Below the pieces are notes generated by a model. It ran no database searches. It was not told where the DNA came from and saw only the letters and a program-made list of their open reading frames with translations. From Trichoplax adhaerens (lineage: Eukaryota; Animalia; Placozoa): 64,000 bases of DNA. Made by a program: the position numbers and the translations under genes. Location of the stretch: assembly GCF_000150275.1 (NCBI RefSeq), contig NW_002060961.1:1-64000 (forward strand), in the 5' to 3' direction. Below, one piece after another: positions 1 through 12,857 of the stretch; the stretch's first letter is position 1; each line of letters opens with the position of its first letter.

Positions 1-1069
1 TATCATTTATAGGCTTCGTAGAGCCGTCAGAGATATTTAAAACTAAACATTTGCTAACCAATCGCTCTTAAGATCCGTTTTAGAAAACTACTTTGCACCA
101 TTTAAGAAAACAAAAATCATTCAAAGTTCAGACACAATTTACCCTACGATTCCCTTACAAAACACTATAAAAGTAACAAGCTAACTATAAAAATACATCA
201 AACTTCATTTCTAACATAATTTCTATCATTAATACACTATAAAAGTCTAAAAATCAACCTTTAAACATCAAGATTTAGTCATAAAAACAACATTCTAACT
301 ACTTAACAATCAACACAACCTCTGCCAATTTCCATCTTATTTTCTATTTTCCTCACTAAATCTCCTAATGTGACTTCAAGTCACGTCATAAAATTGCAAA
401 GTTTCAAATTCATAACAAAAAGTCCAAATCTCAAAAATCAACTCTTACGATATTTTTCATGAACAAAAATCCAAAAATTATAATTCAGACATAAATTAAA
501 AATAAACCCGACCGGTTCCAAAACAGGAAAATTATATCGGACACAAACCCGACCGGTCCCAGAATCCGAAAACTATATTGGACACAAATCCGGAAAAATT
601 CGCTTTTTTTGAAGATCACAGTAATCGCTTATCAAAAAAATTTATATGACTACTAAGACTACTTTTCTGACATTAGTATCGCTTAGTATTCGCGAGTATT
701 GACAGTTGATGTTTTAGCGTCAGATTGTACTGTAACTATACGAGTATAGACTACATTACAGTACTTTATCGTCATGTTATAAATCCCCTTTCTCTAAGGA
801 TAGGGTTTTGCTACTAAGTCAAATTTCTTTACAATTTGAATAGACGATCAAACGCCCTTTCTTTAGATTAGGCATTTGCTCTATAGGGCTACTTCTATAG
901 TAATCTATAATACCTTGTAAAATAATGAAGAAGAAAAGATGGCGACATGATGATTTGGCAGGGTAAAACTTAAAGACACTATCACTTTGTAGGTATTTTC
1001 TATAGTAAAATAATACTAATTACATACTAAAAAACTACAAAGGACTCTACTTTTAGTCCTTTTACTACA
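1..1069 (-). mobile_element. Degenerate LTR retrotransposon 5' end inserted into a GPCR (LTR ~1069-775, PBS-like 774-764, internal region runs off window)
   Basis: GPCR homology stops at 1070. The minus strand then reads TGTAGTA... and has ...ATAACA at 775, followed by TGACGATAAAG, which resembles a TGGCGAC-type primer-binding site with transitions. No intact ORF; the second LTR/TSD would be outside the window. Confidence 0.55.
504..600. repeat. ~41-bp tandem repeat, ~2.3 copies
   Basis: aaacccgaccggt...ggacac units start at 504, 545 and 586 (partial). Confidence 0.75.
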
Positions 1070-1405
1070 ACTAATTAATGATAAATTCATGATAGAGATC
1101 CCAAATGATATCAGCATAAAAAATAAAACTAATTTACATAGTATAGTGCCTAAAAGATAACTTACATTACCGATTGCTATAAAAGAATAGCCAATAAAGC
1201 CTGTAGTAGACGAAAGAACATCGGATAGTACTGAAACGAGTATTAACCGATAAGTGGGTTTTTTAAAATACTTGTCTGCTAGTAAAAGATAGGCCATAGA
1301 TATATTAAGAATTAGACCTAGAAAGGAGGCTGGAATACCACATATGGCGACATAGCGGTGTATTTGTAAGTTGGATGGAGGAGTGACAGTAATGTTTGTG
1401 TTCAT
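1070..1405 (-). pseudogene. GPCR copy 1, 5' part (TM1-TM3), interrupted by insertion
   Basis: ORF MNTNIT...MNLSLIS matches the intact copy 11907-12857, then reads into foreign sequence just before the xRY motif. Confidence 0.9.
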
Positions 1406-1759
1406 GTTTCAAGTTATAAATAGTTAAGAAATACTCACTCGAGATAGAGAAGACCTCACTCGATGAAGTTTTTAACCGAATACCGTCAATGGCTTGAAGC
1501 TTTAGCACTGTATTATATTATGTTTCAATTTTTGACCTTAATGTGATCGTAAATAGGTTTAATATTATGATTTGCTTAAAAACTTAATCTTTATCCAACA
1601 TACCGGTTCGTCCAATTTCAACTACGCTTAATTTAAAGTTCTTTAATAAAGCTCTTGATTAATTTTGAGGTCGAAAAGAGCGAATTCTAAATCAAGGTAT
1701 ATCACATCACGATATTGGTTTAATATTTGTTATAATCTTATTTAAAATAAGTTACGTTC

Positions 1760-2061
1760 TGTGATATATACCGATCACGAAATTCCAAATTTTAGAAAAA
1801 TAATGGCTTTATTGAATCTTATACAAAGATTAACAAGACAGCTCTACTCTATCCGAATACTACTACTAAAGACTTCTAGAACGAACTGACTGAATAATCT
1901 AAAGTTGCATGCTTTTATACTTTTCGTAGCATTCGCAGCTACAATCCGCATGGTAACCTTTTACCTTATTTTACACATAGTTAAATTATTCTTAGTAACA
2001 CTATTCTACTGCGGACCATCATTAATCCAATACGGATACGACTACAGTACTTACGTAGACA
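1760..2061 (-). mobile_element. Possible solo LTR (~300 bp)
   Basis: Absent from the paralogous upstream region (~13150-13330). TG...CA ends; minus-strand TATAAAA (~1913-1919) then AATAAA (~1809-1814). No clean TSD. Confidence 0.4.
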
Positions 2062-3126
2062 TTATTCACTCCAAGTAAAATTTGTTCAATGTCATCGTAG
2101 TTTAATTAAACACCGTATTAGATAGCGTTTACATTTACTCATAACTGCTGTTTTATCCTGTATAGCTTTACGAAAAATTTATAACAACTATATCGGAATA
2201 AGAGTGATAGAAAGGCAAGAAAAATGAAATCGCATTTTTATTCTATACATACAAAATATATCAGTCAATTATCTTGATAATGTGATTTTATGAATGTGAT
2301 TGTCTATGACAGAGTCGCTGTATAGGTCTATTTCTACAGGACCTAACTATAATTATCAATTATAAATAGCTACATTTCTTTCCATTGACATCTTGAAAAG
2401 AAAAATCAGCTTTAACTTGTATGTATACACAAAAACAATTAAACCAGATCTTTTGTTCGATTTTATTTAGTACTTTTAGTATCTAACGCAATATTATACG
2501 ATTGAATACCTAAAGAGCAAAGGGCTGCAGTGATCTGTATCATGCTAGCCACAAAAAATTTTACACATATTACATTATTTGAATAAAATTTCTGTGTTAT
2601 ATGAAGATGAAAGTTTCTGTTTCTTATGTTCAAGTCCCCGTTTTTAATATTCGTTATGACACAAAATGAATTCTTCCGCTATATGTGCGCTCTGTGAAAA
2701 TTTAAGAATAAATATTTCGATAACTTGCTATGACATGGCTTAGCGCTAGACTGGCTTTCATATCATTATTGATGGAGTGGCATGTGCTAAGTAACTTCGA
2801 AGAGTAATACTGGTCCATAGATATTACTAATAATATATACTGGATGTATATAGTAACAATCAAATTTGTAGATACTAATCTACGATGCTTTGCTGAAAGT
2901 AAGGCAGAGATACCTCAATTTACATTTAATTCATATTTTATTAGGATTGCGAACTTATGTAGTAAAGAAAGCATAATAAATTTAATTTTCTATTTAATAT
3001 ACTTTTTAATTTGCTGCTTTGATTTCTATAGGCTATTTAATTTCGAGAAATATCATTCCTGCTATAGTTATATCACAATGTAACAGCACGATCAATAACC
3101 AATTCTGGCTACAGTCAGGAACCACC

Positions 3127-4071
3127 TTACTCACATAAGCGTTTTCGCCACAAAGTCAGAAAGTTTTGATTATTATTATGATCAAATTTTAATAAGAGAA
3201 ATGGATTGACTACAAATATATATAGAGTTATAGCTAAAGCAAAATATATTGAAACATACAGAATATGACTTTCTAAGAAGATTTGATAGATTGTCTTTAG
3301 AGTTATAGCAGTGCCAATCATGGTAGCGAAATGTGGCCAACTGAATACACAGTCGAGAATGCTATGCTCGTTAAAAATTTAGTTAATCGTTTCTTTTGTG
3401 AAATTTCTGTTTCTGCTTGATTAGATGAAAGATTGCCAAGTCTGACTTGATTGTTACGGATTATAGCTAATTTAATATAAATAATGATCGTCATTGAAAC
3501 TGGAATGATGTACATGGTAAACATAAATATAAATTCCCATACTGCTATAGCATACGTCACTTTTAAAACATCACATGAAACCGATAAATTAGAATGAGAA
3601 GAAGCATATACCAAGTTAGGTAATGATGTCGATATCGATGTTACATAAATAGTTGGCACGTTGTAAGAAATTGAATCTTATATTTCGATAAAATGATGAT
3701 AGTGGCTTCGCTACAATGAAATCAAGGTAAATACTGATTAATGATAAATTCATAATGGAGATCCCAAATGATATCATGGTAACAAATTACATTATTTTAG
3801 CCAGTATAGTGTTTAAATAATAACTTAAGTTGACGATGGTAATGGATAAATAGCCAATAAAGGCTGCAATAGACGAAAGAAAATTGGATAGTACTGAAAC
3901 GAGTATTAACCGATAAGTTGTTTTTTTTAAATACTCATCTGTTAGTAAAAGATAGGCCATGGATGTGTTAAGAAATAGACCAACAAAAGACGCTAGAACA
4001 GCACAAATGGTGACGTAGCGATGAATTTGTTATTTAGATTGAAGAGTAGCAGTAATATTGGTGTTGCTCAT
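3127..4071 (-). pseudogene. GPCR copy 2, full length with frameshifts
   Basis: Collinear with 11907-12857 from ATG (4071) to stop (3127). Expanded T-run at ~3921 and other indels split it into ORF pieces 3318-3659 and 3127-3321. Confidence 0.92.
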
Positions 4072-5307
4072 ATTTCAAGTAATAAATGGTTTAAAAATTC
4101 ATACGATCAAACTTTTAACCAAATAGCATTAATAGCTTGAAGTCTTGGCACATTATTGTATTTTATTTGACGGTTTAACCTTGATACGATCATAAATAGG
4201 GATAATAAGACTCTTACAGTACTGTTTACCTAAAGATTTCTTCATGTAAAACGAATAGCTCTAAGGTAGTAATTTCTGCAGAGTACTGATTATTAAAATA
4301 GTATTCGTTATATCGCTAAGGGTGGCCACTGGGCCTTTAAATTTTGATTTCATGCAATATTCTGATGAAAATTGAATAAACATAGAATCTTTATAGAGTT
4401 TTCTACACAGCCATTTTGATTGTTACATTTTCTTATAACGGTTGTTATCGACAGAGCAAGCTTTGCTTGCATACGACAGCGATCCTTAGACACATTATAA
4501 TGATTGGTATAGAATTGACCACAGTACTAAGGACATTGAACCGCACTGTAGATATCTTACAGTACCTGCTAATCTTAACTTGGTATGTCCATCACCGTAC
4601 ATTAATTATCGTAATGTGCTTTGGACTATTAACTAATCTTAATATAGCATAGTACATTACTGTTACTAGGATATATATAATATCGAATGATAATACTATC
4701 TGTTAATTTTATTAAGAAATTGACCATAAACGTATATTTGACAGTTTCGCTTATCAACCTTAACATAGCATTAATACTGTATATAGTAACCATCCTTATT
4801 CGGTAAACATACTAATACGAAAGTTACTTAACGAAATTTGAATTGGTATAGAAATGAATGATCTAGCATTTGCTATGACTATTAACAAATATCAGTTTAT
4901 ATAACACATTTTGCAGCCACAAAATGTAATGCTTTAATTCCGAACGTAAAGTAAATAAATTTTATTGCATTATGAATTTGTGATATGTAAGGGAGTAATT
5001 GCCATATTACTTTTATTGTTCCTTTGCAATACATCAATAATATTCTAATCAGCATTATGGAGTAATCGGATGTTAATAAAATGTTGTCAAATTATGCAAA
5101 GTAAACTTGCAAATGAGTGTTCAATCATAATATTACTACTCAGCAATGGTTAATATAATTTTAATCTGTCCAGTAGCATTATTCTTCACATTAGGATATG
5201 TAGAGCAGATATTATAATTGCCGAATTACTATCAAAGACTGTAATAAGGTTTCATCCGTGAATGCATTATTGAATAGTAGTATTCTACAAGCATAGCTGT
5301 GAATATA

Positions 5308-5562
5308 CTCAGTAGTGCCCGGCTATTACCGGGATATATATAATGTCGAATGGTAATACTAACCATTAATTATTAACAAATGGGTACGTTATCAAATGCC
5401 CCGCCCGTACAATTAACAGTGCTGTACTTTTTACAGCATACAGTACACGGATAACGGTAAAAAGTTACTGAACCTCTGACAGGTCTATCAAATGGTAATA
5501 CTATCTGTTAAATGAGCACATTATCGTAAACCGTCAGCAAAGCGACGGGAGTTTGCACTAGT
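5308..5562. mobile_element. Helitron-like 3' termini
   Basis: Hairpin CCGTC-agcaaagc-GACGG (5531-5548) followed by CTAG|T (5558-5562). A second GC hairpin cccgg...ccggg at 5318-5333 faces the other way. Eroded copy at 10723-10754. Confidence 0.6.
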
Positions 5563-6942
5563 ATATATTAAAATATCGATGCATTGCAGTTTGGTAATTT
5601 CATCAATAACAGTACATTGAGACTACTTAATTAGATTTATACCACTGCTTGCACTGGCACTTCGAACGTGCTAAGATAACTACAGAACCTATGATAATGA
5701 CTGGCTATTTTAGGACAGTTGGGAAGAACCTCTATAATTAGGACTTTCAAATATTAGAAAGACTAACTATAGATTCTTAGACACACTACAGTATAATCCG
5801 ACGCCGAGGCATAAAAATCGAGAGTTTTTAATTACTTAATATGATAATTTTAAGATAACATTGCTTACTGAGCTATTTGTGGAATAAACATTTAAGCTGC
5901 ATTGCTGTAGGATAATACTTTTCGTTGTCATCTAATTGGGATGTGTGATGGAATGATAAACTGTTTCATTTTTTCTACTTAGTTACTCCATTCTCTCCAA
6001 TCCATAACAAGTACAATTAATGTTGTTTACATTCGAAGCGATAACTTATAATTAGCAAAGTTGAGATCATAGTATTCTCAATTTATATGAATAGGGCCAG
6101 CGATAGAAAAAAGGAACTTGTTTAAAATGTAGAAGCGTACGTTATTGTCGCGTGTTAAATATAATACTAATATTGGATAAAATCATACTCCTTTCCAAGC
6201 GTTCAGAAATAGATTCCTATTGTTTTGACTATCAACAATTAAATATTTCCAAAATGCTTTCGGTTTCCTAACCTAAATAGTGAGAACAATACTCTCTTGG
6301 TAGGCTATTAACACCGTATTTTAATGATCGTAGCTACCGCATGTATAATGTACGGTAGTCTGTCTAAAGTTAGTATCTGTTTCATATGCAAGCATAGATA
6401 ACACACTAATTTATAAGGTGAACCAACAGCTATTCTAATGATTCAGTCTACTAAGCTTATAACTATCTTTATAAATTCAAATCTTAATATTAGTTGAATT
6501 GACTAAATCATGATCTACAATAATAATGTTACAAAGTTTTTAATAACGAATATTAATGTGCAAGTAGAGATTTACTATTTAATATTTTAATGTTCTAGCC
6601 TTTTAAACTATTAATATTATCTATGTATGCTTCTGCATTTATTAAATTTGATAATTTATAATACAAAGTAATAGCACTACAGCATTATACTTTGATATAA
6701 AGAGATGATATAGGGCTGTAAATATATATCATTGCAATATAAGTTTGATAACATATGCCTCGATATTCGTTGAATTTTTAGTGATTTATATTCCTTAACA
6801 ATAACAATACAATGTTTTACTGATAAATTAAAGATTAACATAATAGATTGATACAGTACATCAGAATGTTCAGTGATTATGTCTTAAGCAATGCAAGCTA
6901 TGCCCTATGAATAACCAATTCTGGTTACAGATCGGAATTGAC

Positions 6943-7501
6943 TTATTTACATATGCACTTTCGCCACAAAGTCAAAAACTTTTCCCTAATATTATGATCA
7001 AATTTTAATAGGAGGAGTGGATTAAGAACAAATATGGATAGAGTTATAACGGTAGAAAAATATACTAACACATACAAAATATGACTTTCTAACGAGATTT
7101 GATAGATGGTCTTTCGAGTTACAGCTGTGCCAACTGTGGCAGTAAAATACGGCTAAATGAGGCACACAGTCGAAAATGCTATGCTCATTAAAACTTTAGT
7201 AAATCGTTTCTTTTGTAAGATATCTGCTTCTACTCGATTGGACGCCATATAACCCGGTGTGACGTGATTCTTATGAATTTTAGCTAATTTGATATAAATG
7301 ATTATCATAATTGAAACTGGAATGATATACATAATGAATGTAAATATAAATTGCCATACTGCTACAGCATATGTCACTATTGAAAAATCACAGAAAGTCG
7401 TCGAATTACGATGAGCAGAAGTATATACCAAGATAGGCGATGATATCGATATCGATACTATAAACAGAAATACTTCACACGAGATAAGAAATTGAATTTT
7501 T
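6943..7501 (-). pseudogene. GPCR copy 3, 3' part with premature stop; 5' part lies in the gap
   Basis: TM4-TM7 collinear with paralogues; the TM6 Trp codon is TAG instead of TGG at 7153-7155. Confidence 0.88.
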
Positions 7502-8001
7502 NNNNNNNNNNNNNNNNNNNNNNNNNNNNNNNNNNNNNNNNNNNNNNNNNNNNNNNNNNNNNNNNNNNNNNNNNNNNNNNNNNNNNNNNNNNNNNNNNNN
7601 NNNNNNNNNNNNNNNNNNNNNNNNNNNNNNNNNNNNNNNNNNNNNNNNNNNNNNNNNNNNNNNNNNNNNNNNNNNNNNNNNNNNNNNNNNNNNNNNNNNN
7701 NNNNNNNNNNNNNNNNNNNNNNNNNNNNNNNNNNNNNNNNNNNNNNNNNNNNNNNNNNNNNNNNNNNNNNNNNNNNNNNNNNNNNNNNNNNNNNNNNNNN
7801 NNNNNNNNNNNNNNNNNNNNNNNNNNNNNNNNNNNNNNNNNNNNNNNNNNNNNNNNNNNNNNNNNNNNNNNNNNNNNNNNNNNNNNNNNNNNNNNNNNNN
7901 NNNNNNNNNNNNNNNNNNNNNNNNNNNNNNNNNNNNNNNNNNNNNNNNNNNNNNNNNNNNNNNNNNNNNNNNNNNNNNNNNNNNNNNNNNNNNNNNNNNN
8001 N
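7502..8001. other. Assembly gap (500 N)
   Basis: Run of N. The paralogous spacing (~12460-13365) suggests the true size is nearer 0.9 kb. Confidence 0.99.
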
Positions 8002-8505
8002 ATAATTTATAATAACTAAATCGGAATAAGAGTGATAGAAAGACAAGAAATAAAATTGCATTTTAATTATATATGAATAAGATATACAAATCAGTTGTCT
8101 GTTTGATAATGAGATTTATTAAAATGTGCTTATCTTCGATAGTGTCAATGTATAGGTCTATTTCTATAGGACAATACGATAATTATCAATTATAAATAGC
8201 TATATTTCTCTATACTGAAATCTTGAAAAGAAAAATCAACTTTAACTTGTTCAGTATATATGTCGATTCCCGACACATATATATATATACAAAAAGAATT
8301 CTATTAGCTCTTTATCCGATTTCGTTACGTTTTTGGGGTATTTATCGTATTATACAATTAAAGAGCTAAAGAACAAATAGCCATAGTAATCTATATCATA
8401 CTAGTCACAAAAGCTTTACACACATTACATTGTTTGAATAAAATTTCTGTGTTATATGAAGATCACAGTTTCTGTTTCTTGTGTCAAAGTCCCCGTTTAT
8501 AATTT

Positions 8506-8991
8506 TGTTACAACCGACATCACAAAAATGAACGGGATTCTTTATACTAAAGTAGTCTTAACTATCTGAGCAACTAACTCTAAGCACTCTTTAATCTACT
8601 AAACTTAGATTCGAATCTTAGGTTATAGAATACTCACGCTAAGAATCAAAGCCTAATTCTAAAGTTATTTATTAAAATGACCGATTGAACTTACAATTTT
8701 TAATTTACTACTAACTACTGATAATCATCTGTTCTTAACTAACTTATCAACTCCCATAACTAAGAACTTTGAGGCTTTTATATAGCCTCACAAACTTCAA
8801 TGATACGAAATATAATAATAAATTTATAGCCAAGTCTACATGCTGAAAATAGCAAGAATCGCACACACTTTCTATGGCATTTAATAGTAGTAAATTAATA
8901 GCTATGTCTTAACCTATGATTCATTACTCAACAATATTATATCATTAATGATGCAATAATTAATCTATTATCACAAATATCTGCAGTGACG
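8506..8991 (-). mobile_element. Solo-LTR-like insertion (~485 bp)
   Basis: Absent in paralogues at ~2655 and ~13700. Ends tgttacaac...gtgacg; minus-strand TATATAAAA (8776-8784) inside a gaggct/agcctc hairpin, then AATAAA (8668-8673). TSD unclear. Confidence 0.55.
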
Positions 8992-11906
8992 TAAATAGAT
9001 TCTTCCATACGTACACAGCGTGAAAATTTAAGAATAAATATTTCGATAACTTGCTATCACATTGCTTAGCGCTGGACTGGCTCGTATTATCTCTGATAGA
9101 GTGACATATGCTAAGCAACTTAGAAAACGTAATACTGGTTCATAGATATTACTAATAATATACTCTGGGTGTATATAGCGGCAGCCAGGTTTGTAGATTC
9201 GAATCTACGATACACGACTGATAGTATAGCGGAGGTACCGTAATTTACTTTAATTTATATTTAAGTACGATTTCAATTCTATATAGTAAAAAAATGTAGT
9301 AAATGTAATTTTCTATTAAATATCGTTTATTAATTTGCTACTTTGGTTTAAACGGGTAGTTAGTTATCGAGAAATATCATCCCGGGTATAGTTATATTAC
9401 AATATACTTACTTAGCTAGATACTAAAGCAGCCTCCTGTAAAGAATACATATTGAATAAATTTCTAAGACTTTTATTTAAGCCGTGAATTTGATTGATAA
9501 TTATAAATAATACAGTTTCATCAATTAAGAATTTGCTAAAAATAAAACTTATTAAGGGATAATATTTAATTATTTAAATATAATAATGTACTCAGTAGAT
9601 GATAAGGTAGATATTAGAAATTCCGCATGGAATACTGAATCATAATAATAGGTAGTTTTATAAAATCTATCAAGACTTCGAAATGTCATCATAGAAAATA
9701 ACGGAATACTTGTGTAGTAGATACTTTAAAACAGACAGTAAATGTTTTAATTACAACATTTATGATGATTTCATTTCGAAATAGATAAAGGCATGGGTAG
9801 ATAATTATATGCTTTGTGGTATAGAATGCTCGTAGAATACATGCTTAAAACTTTTAACGATTAAGGGCAGTCATAATAACGTCAGTTAACTTAATCTAGC
9901 CATATTTAGAGTACAGCATGAAAAATTTCTTTCATAAATATTCCGCAAATTCTAGTTGTATATTTTAAAAACTATAGAAGCAACTTAGAAAGGGCTAATC
10001 ATAAAATGGACAGCAACGTTTTGCAATAAATAACTATATAATATCTTACTAGGTACTACATAACCGTGAAAGGTTTGTACAAAGTATCATGAAAATGGTA
10101 TACTCGTATATGCTCATTAATAGTGTAAAAGCGTTTGCGAATGTCTTATCTCGATTAACCTTGAAAATACTGATTCCAAAATGGAATACAACGTTAGCAT
10201 TAGCCTGAGACAGTATGATACAGTACATATAAAAGTATACATAAATTGGCAAATATACTATCGAGTAGCTTTATATTGCTGAAGTTTGTAACGGAAATAT
10301 AGCATGATTCAAAAAAGACATACGAATACTATCACTAGTATAACAAAATAAAAGCGATAATAATAGGATAAAATTTGAATTTTTTTAGTAAGCATGTACG
10401 CTGTACAGTGTATTAGGAATTGTTCTTCAAAAATAGTTGCAAATTCATAGATCTCGGTCTCATACAATATTCATATAGGTATGTAAACACTTTTCAATTG
10501 CTCTAAACTTTTACCTGATGACAATGATTCCATTTTAAGCAGTTCAGTGGATTACTAATGAATTCTGATAGGGTTACACTAAACCCCCAAAAATGGCTGA
10601 AATATTCAGAATTGAATTTTCTAATGATAATTGATATTCTGCTTATCTACTTGCATTAGTACGGTACCCATTAAGCTAGCAAAACGTAGCCAGATGATTA
10701 TTACCGTAGAACTGTGTTATTTTTGTCAGTAAAGCGACAGGATGTTAAGCTAGTTTCTATAAATACTAAGATTGCTGCAGTACCTATGACACAGAATAGC
10801 TATATTAAGACCGTAGACAAGAACCTCTATAGTTAGGGCTTCCAAGTATTCGTAAAGCTTACTACAGCTTCTGGAGACAGGCTACGGTATAATGACTTAA
10901 GCTATATTACTCTAGGATAATGCTTGTCGTTGCCATCCAATTAGGATGTGAAGTGAAATAATAAACTACTTAATTATACTCTACTCAGTTACTCAATCAC
11001 TCCAATACATACAAGAGCGATTAATGTTTATACTTGAAGCGATAAATTATATTAGTAAAGTTGAAATCATGATATTATCGATCAATGTGAGAACTGCCAG
11101 CTATAAGAAAATGGAACTTCCCTAATATTACATGAGACATTGTCACATATTAACTATAATATTAATTTTGAATAAAATTATACTTTCCAAGCATTTAGAA
11201 AATAAATTCCTATTATTTTGACTATCAAGTATTTGATATTCTAAAATCTTTTCAGTTTCCTTGTCTAAATAGTGAGAACAATACACTCTAGGTAGGCTAT
11301 TAACTAATGTATAAAAATTTTATGATCGTACGCATAGTGTATATCAAAATGGATGAAGTTTTATATCTGTTTCAAACGCAAATATAGATAGCCTACTAAT
11401 CTTTGATGTGGGCTAATGACTATTTAAATAATCCAATCTACTTAGCTCATAATCATCTCTATAAATGTAGATGTCCATATTAGTTAATTCATGATTCGCA
11501 ATAATCTGACAATATTTTATTTTAATATTGAATAGCTATGTGCTGATGCAAGTTTGCTATTTGATATTTTAATTTTCTAGCCTTTTTAAGTTCAAGCGTT
11601 GTCTCTGTATGCTTCCAAATTTGTTAAATTTGCTAGTTTATAATGCAAAATAATAACTACAACAATTCATTTTGATGTTAAATAGTAGTATTTCAGTGTA
11701 GATGTAAGCTCAACGATCTATATTTCGATATTCGTTACCTTTTACTAATTCATAATCCTTAATAATAATGCTGTAATGCTTTGCAGTGATATCAAATAAT
11801 AGTGTAGTAGATTTTTATAGTAGACTAGAGTCTTCAGCGGTTAAGTCAGTAGCAATACAAGCTAAGCACAATGGATTAGTAATTCCGGTTACAGAGCGGA
11901 ATTAGC

Positions 11907-12857
11907 TTATATACATAAGCGCCTTCGCCACAAAGTCAAAAATTTTTGCCTAATATTATGATCAAATTTTAATAAGAGAAATGGATTGACTACAAATATA
12001 GATAGAGTTATAGCTAAAGCAAAATATACTAAAACATACTGAATATGACTTTCTAAGGAGATTTGATAGATTGTCTTTCGAGTTATAGCAGTGCCGACCA
12101 TGGTAGCGAAATGTGGCCAACTGAATAGCACAGTCGAGAATGTTATGCTCATTAAAACTTTAGTAAATCGTTTCTTTTGTGAAATTTCTGCTTCTGCTCG
12201 ATTGGGTGCCATGCAACCCGGTCTGACATGATTCTTACAGATTATAGCTAATTTACTATAAATAATGATCATCATTGAAACTGGAATGATGTACATGATA
12301 AACGTGAATATAAATTCCCATATTGCTATAGCATATGTAATGTTTAAAATATCACATGAAGCCGATAAATTAGGATGAGAAGAAGCATATACCAAGATAG
12401 GCAATGATATCGATATCGATGCTATATATATAAATAGTTCACACACGATAAGAAATTGAATCTTATGCTTTCGATAAAACGATGATAGGGGTCTTGCTAT
12501 AATAAAATAACGGTGAACACTAATTAATGATAAATTCATAATGGAGATCCCAAATGACATCATGCTAATAAATAATAACATTTTACAAAGTATACTGCCT
12601 AGATGATAACTTACGTTGACGATAGCAAAAAAAAAATAGCCAATAAAGGCTGCAGTAGACGAAAGAATATCGGATAGTACTGAAACGAGTATCAATTGAT
12701 AAGTAGGTTTTTTAAAATACTTGTCAGTTAGTAAAAGATAGGCCATGGATGTATTAAAAATTAGACCAACGAAAGATGCTGGTACACCACATATGGCGAC
12801 ATAGCGGTGAATTTGTAAGTTGGAATGAGAAGTAGCAGTAATATTGGTGTTGTTCAT
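11907..12857 (-). CDS. Intronless rhodopsin-class (class A) GPCR, 316 aa
   Basis: Seven hydrophobic segments, N-terminal NxT sites, TM2 SD, TM3 Cys and HRY, ECL2 Cys, TM5 YIIP, TM6 WP, TM7 NP. Confidence 0.95.
   Translation of the reverse strand: MNNTNITATSHSNLQIHRYVAICGVPASFVGLIFNTSMAYLLLTDKYFKKPTYQLILVSVLSDILSSTAAFIGYFFFAIVNVSYHLGSILCKMLLFISMMSFGISIMNLSLISVHRYFIIARPLSSFYRKHKIQFLIVCELFIYIASISISLPILVYASSHPNLSASCDILNITYAIAIWEFIFTFIMYIIPVSMMIIIYSKLAIICKNHVRPGCMAPNRAEAEISQKKRFTKVLMSITFSTVLFSWPHFATMVGTAITRKTIYQISLESHIQYVLVYFALAITLSIFVVNPFLLLKFDHNIRQKFLTLWRRRLCI

Noticed and set aside
1070-7501. Copy 1 (5' half) and copy 3 (3' half) as one misassembled gene
   Set aside because: Their upstream spacers (2170-3080 vs 8003-9400) are clearly diverged and differ by an insertion.
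7153-8061. ORFs of 302 and 175 aa spanning the gap
   Set aside because: Artefacts of translating N; only the C-terminal GPCR part is real.
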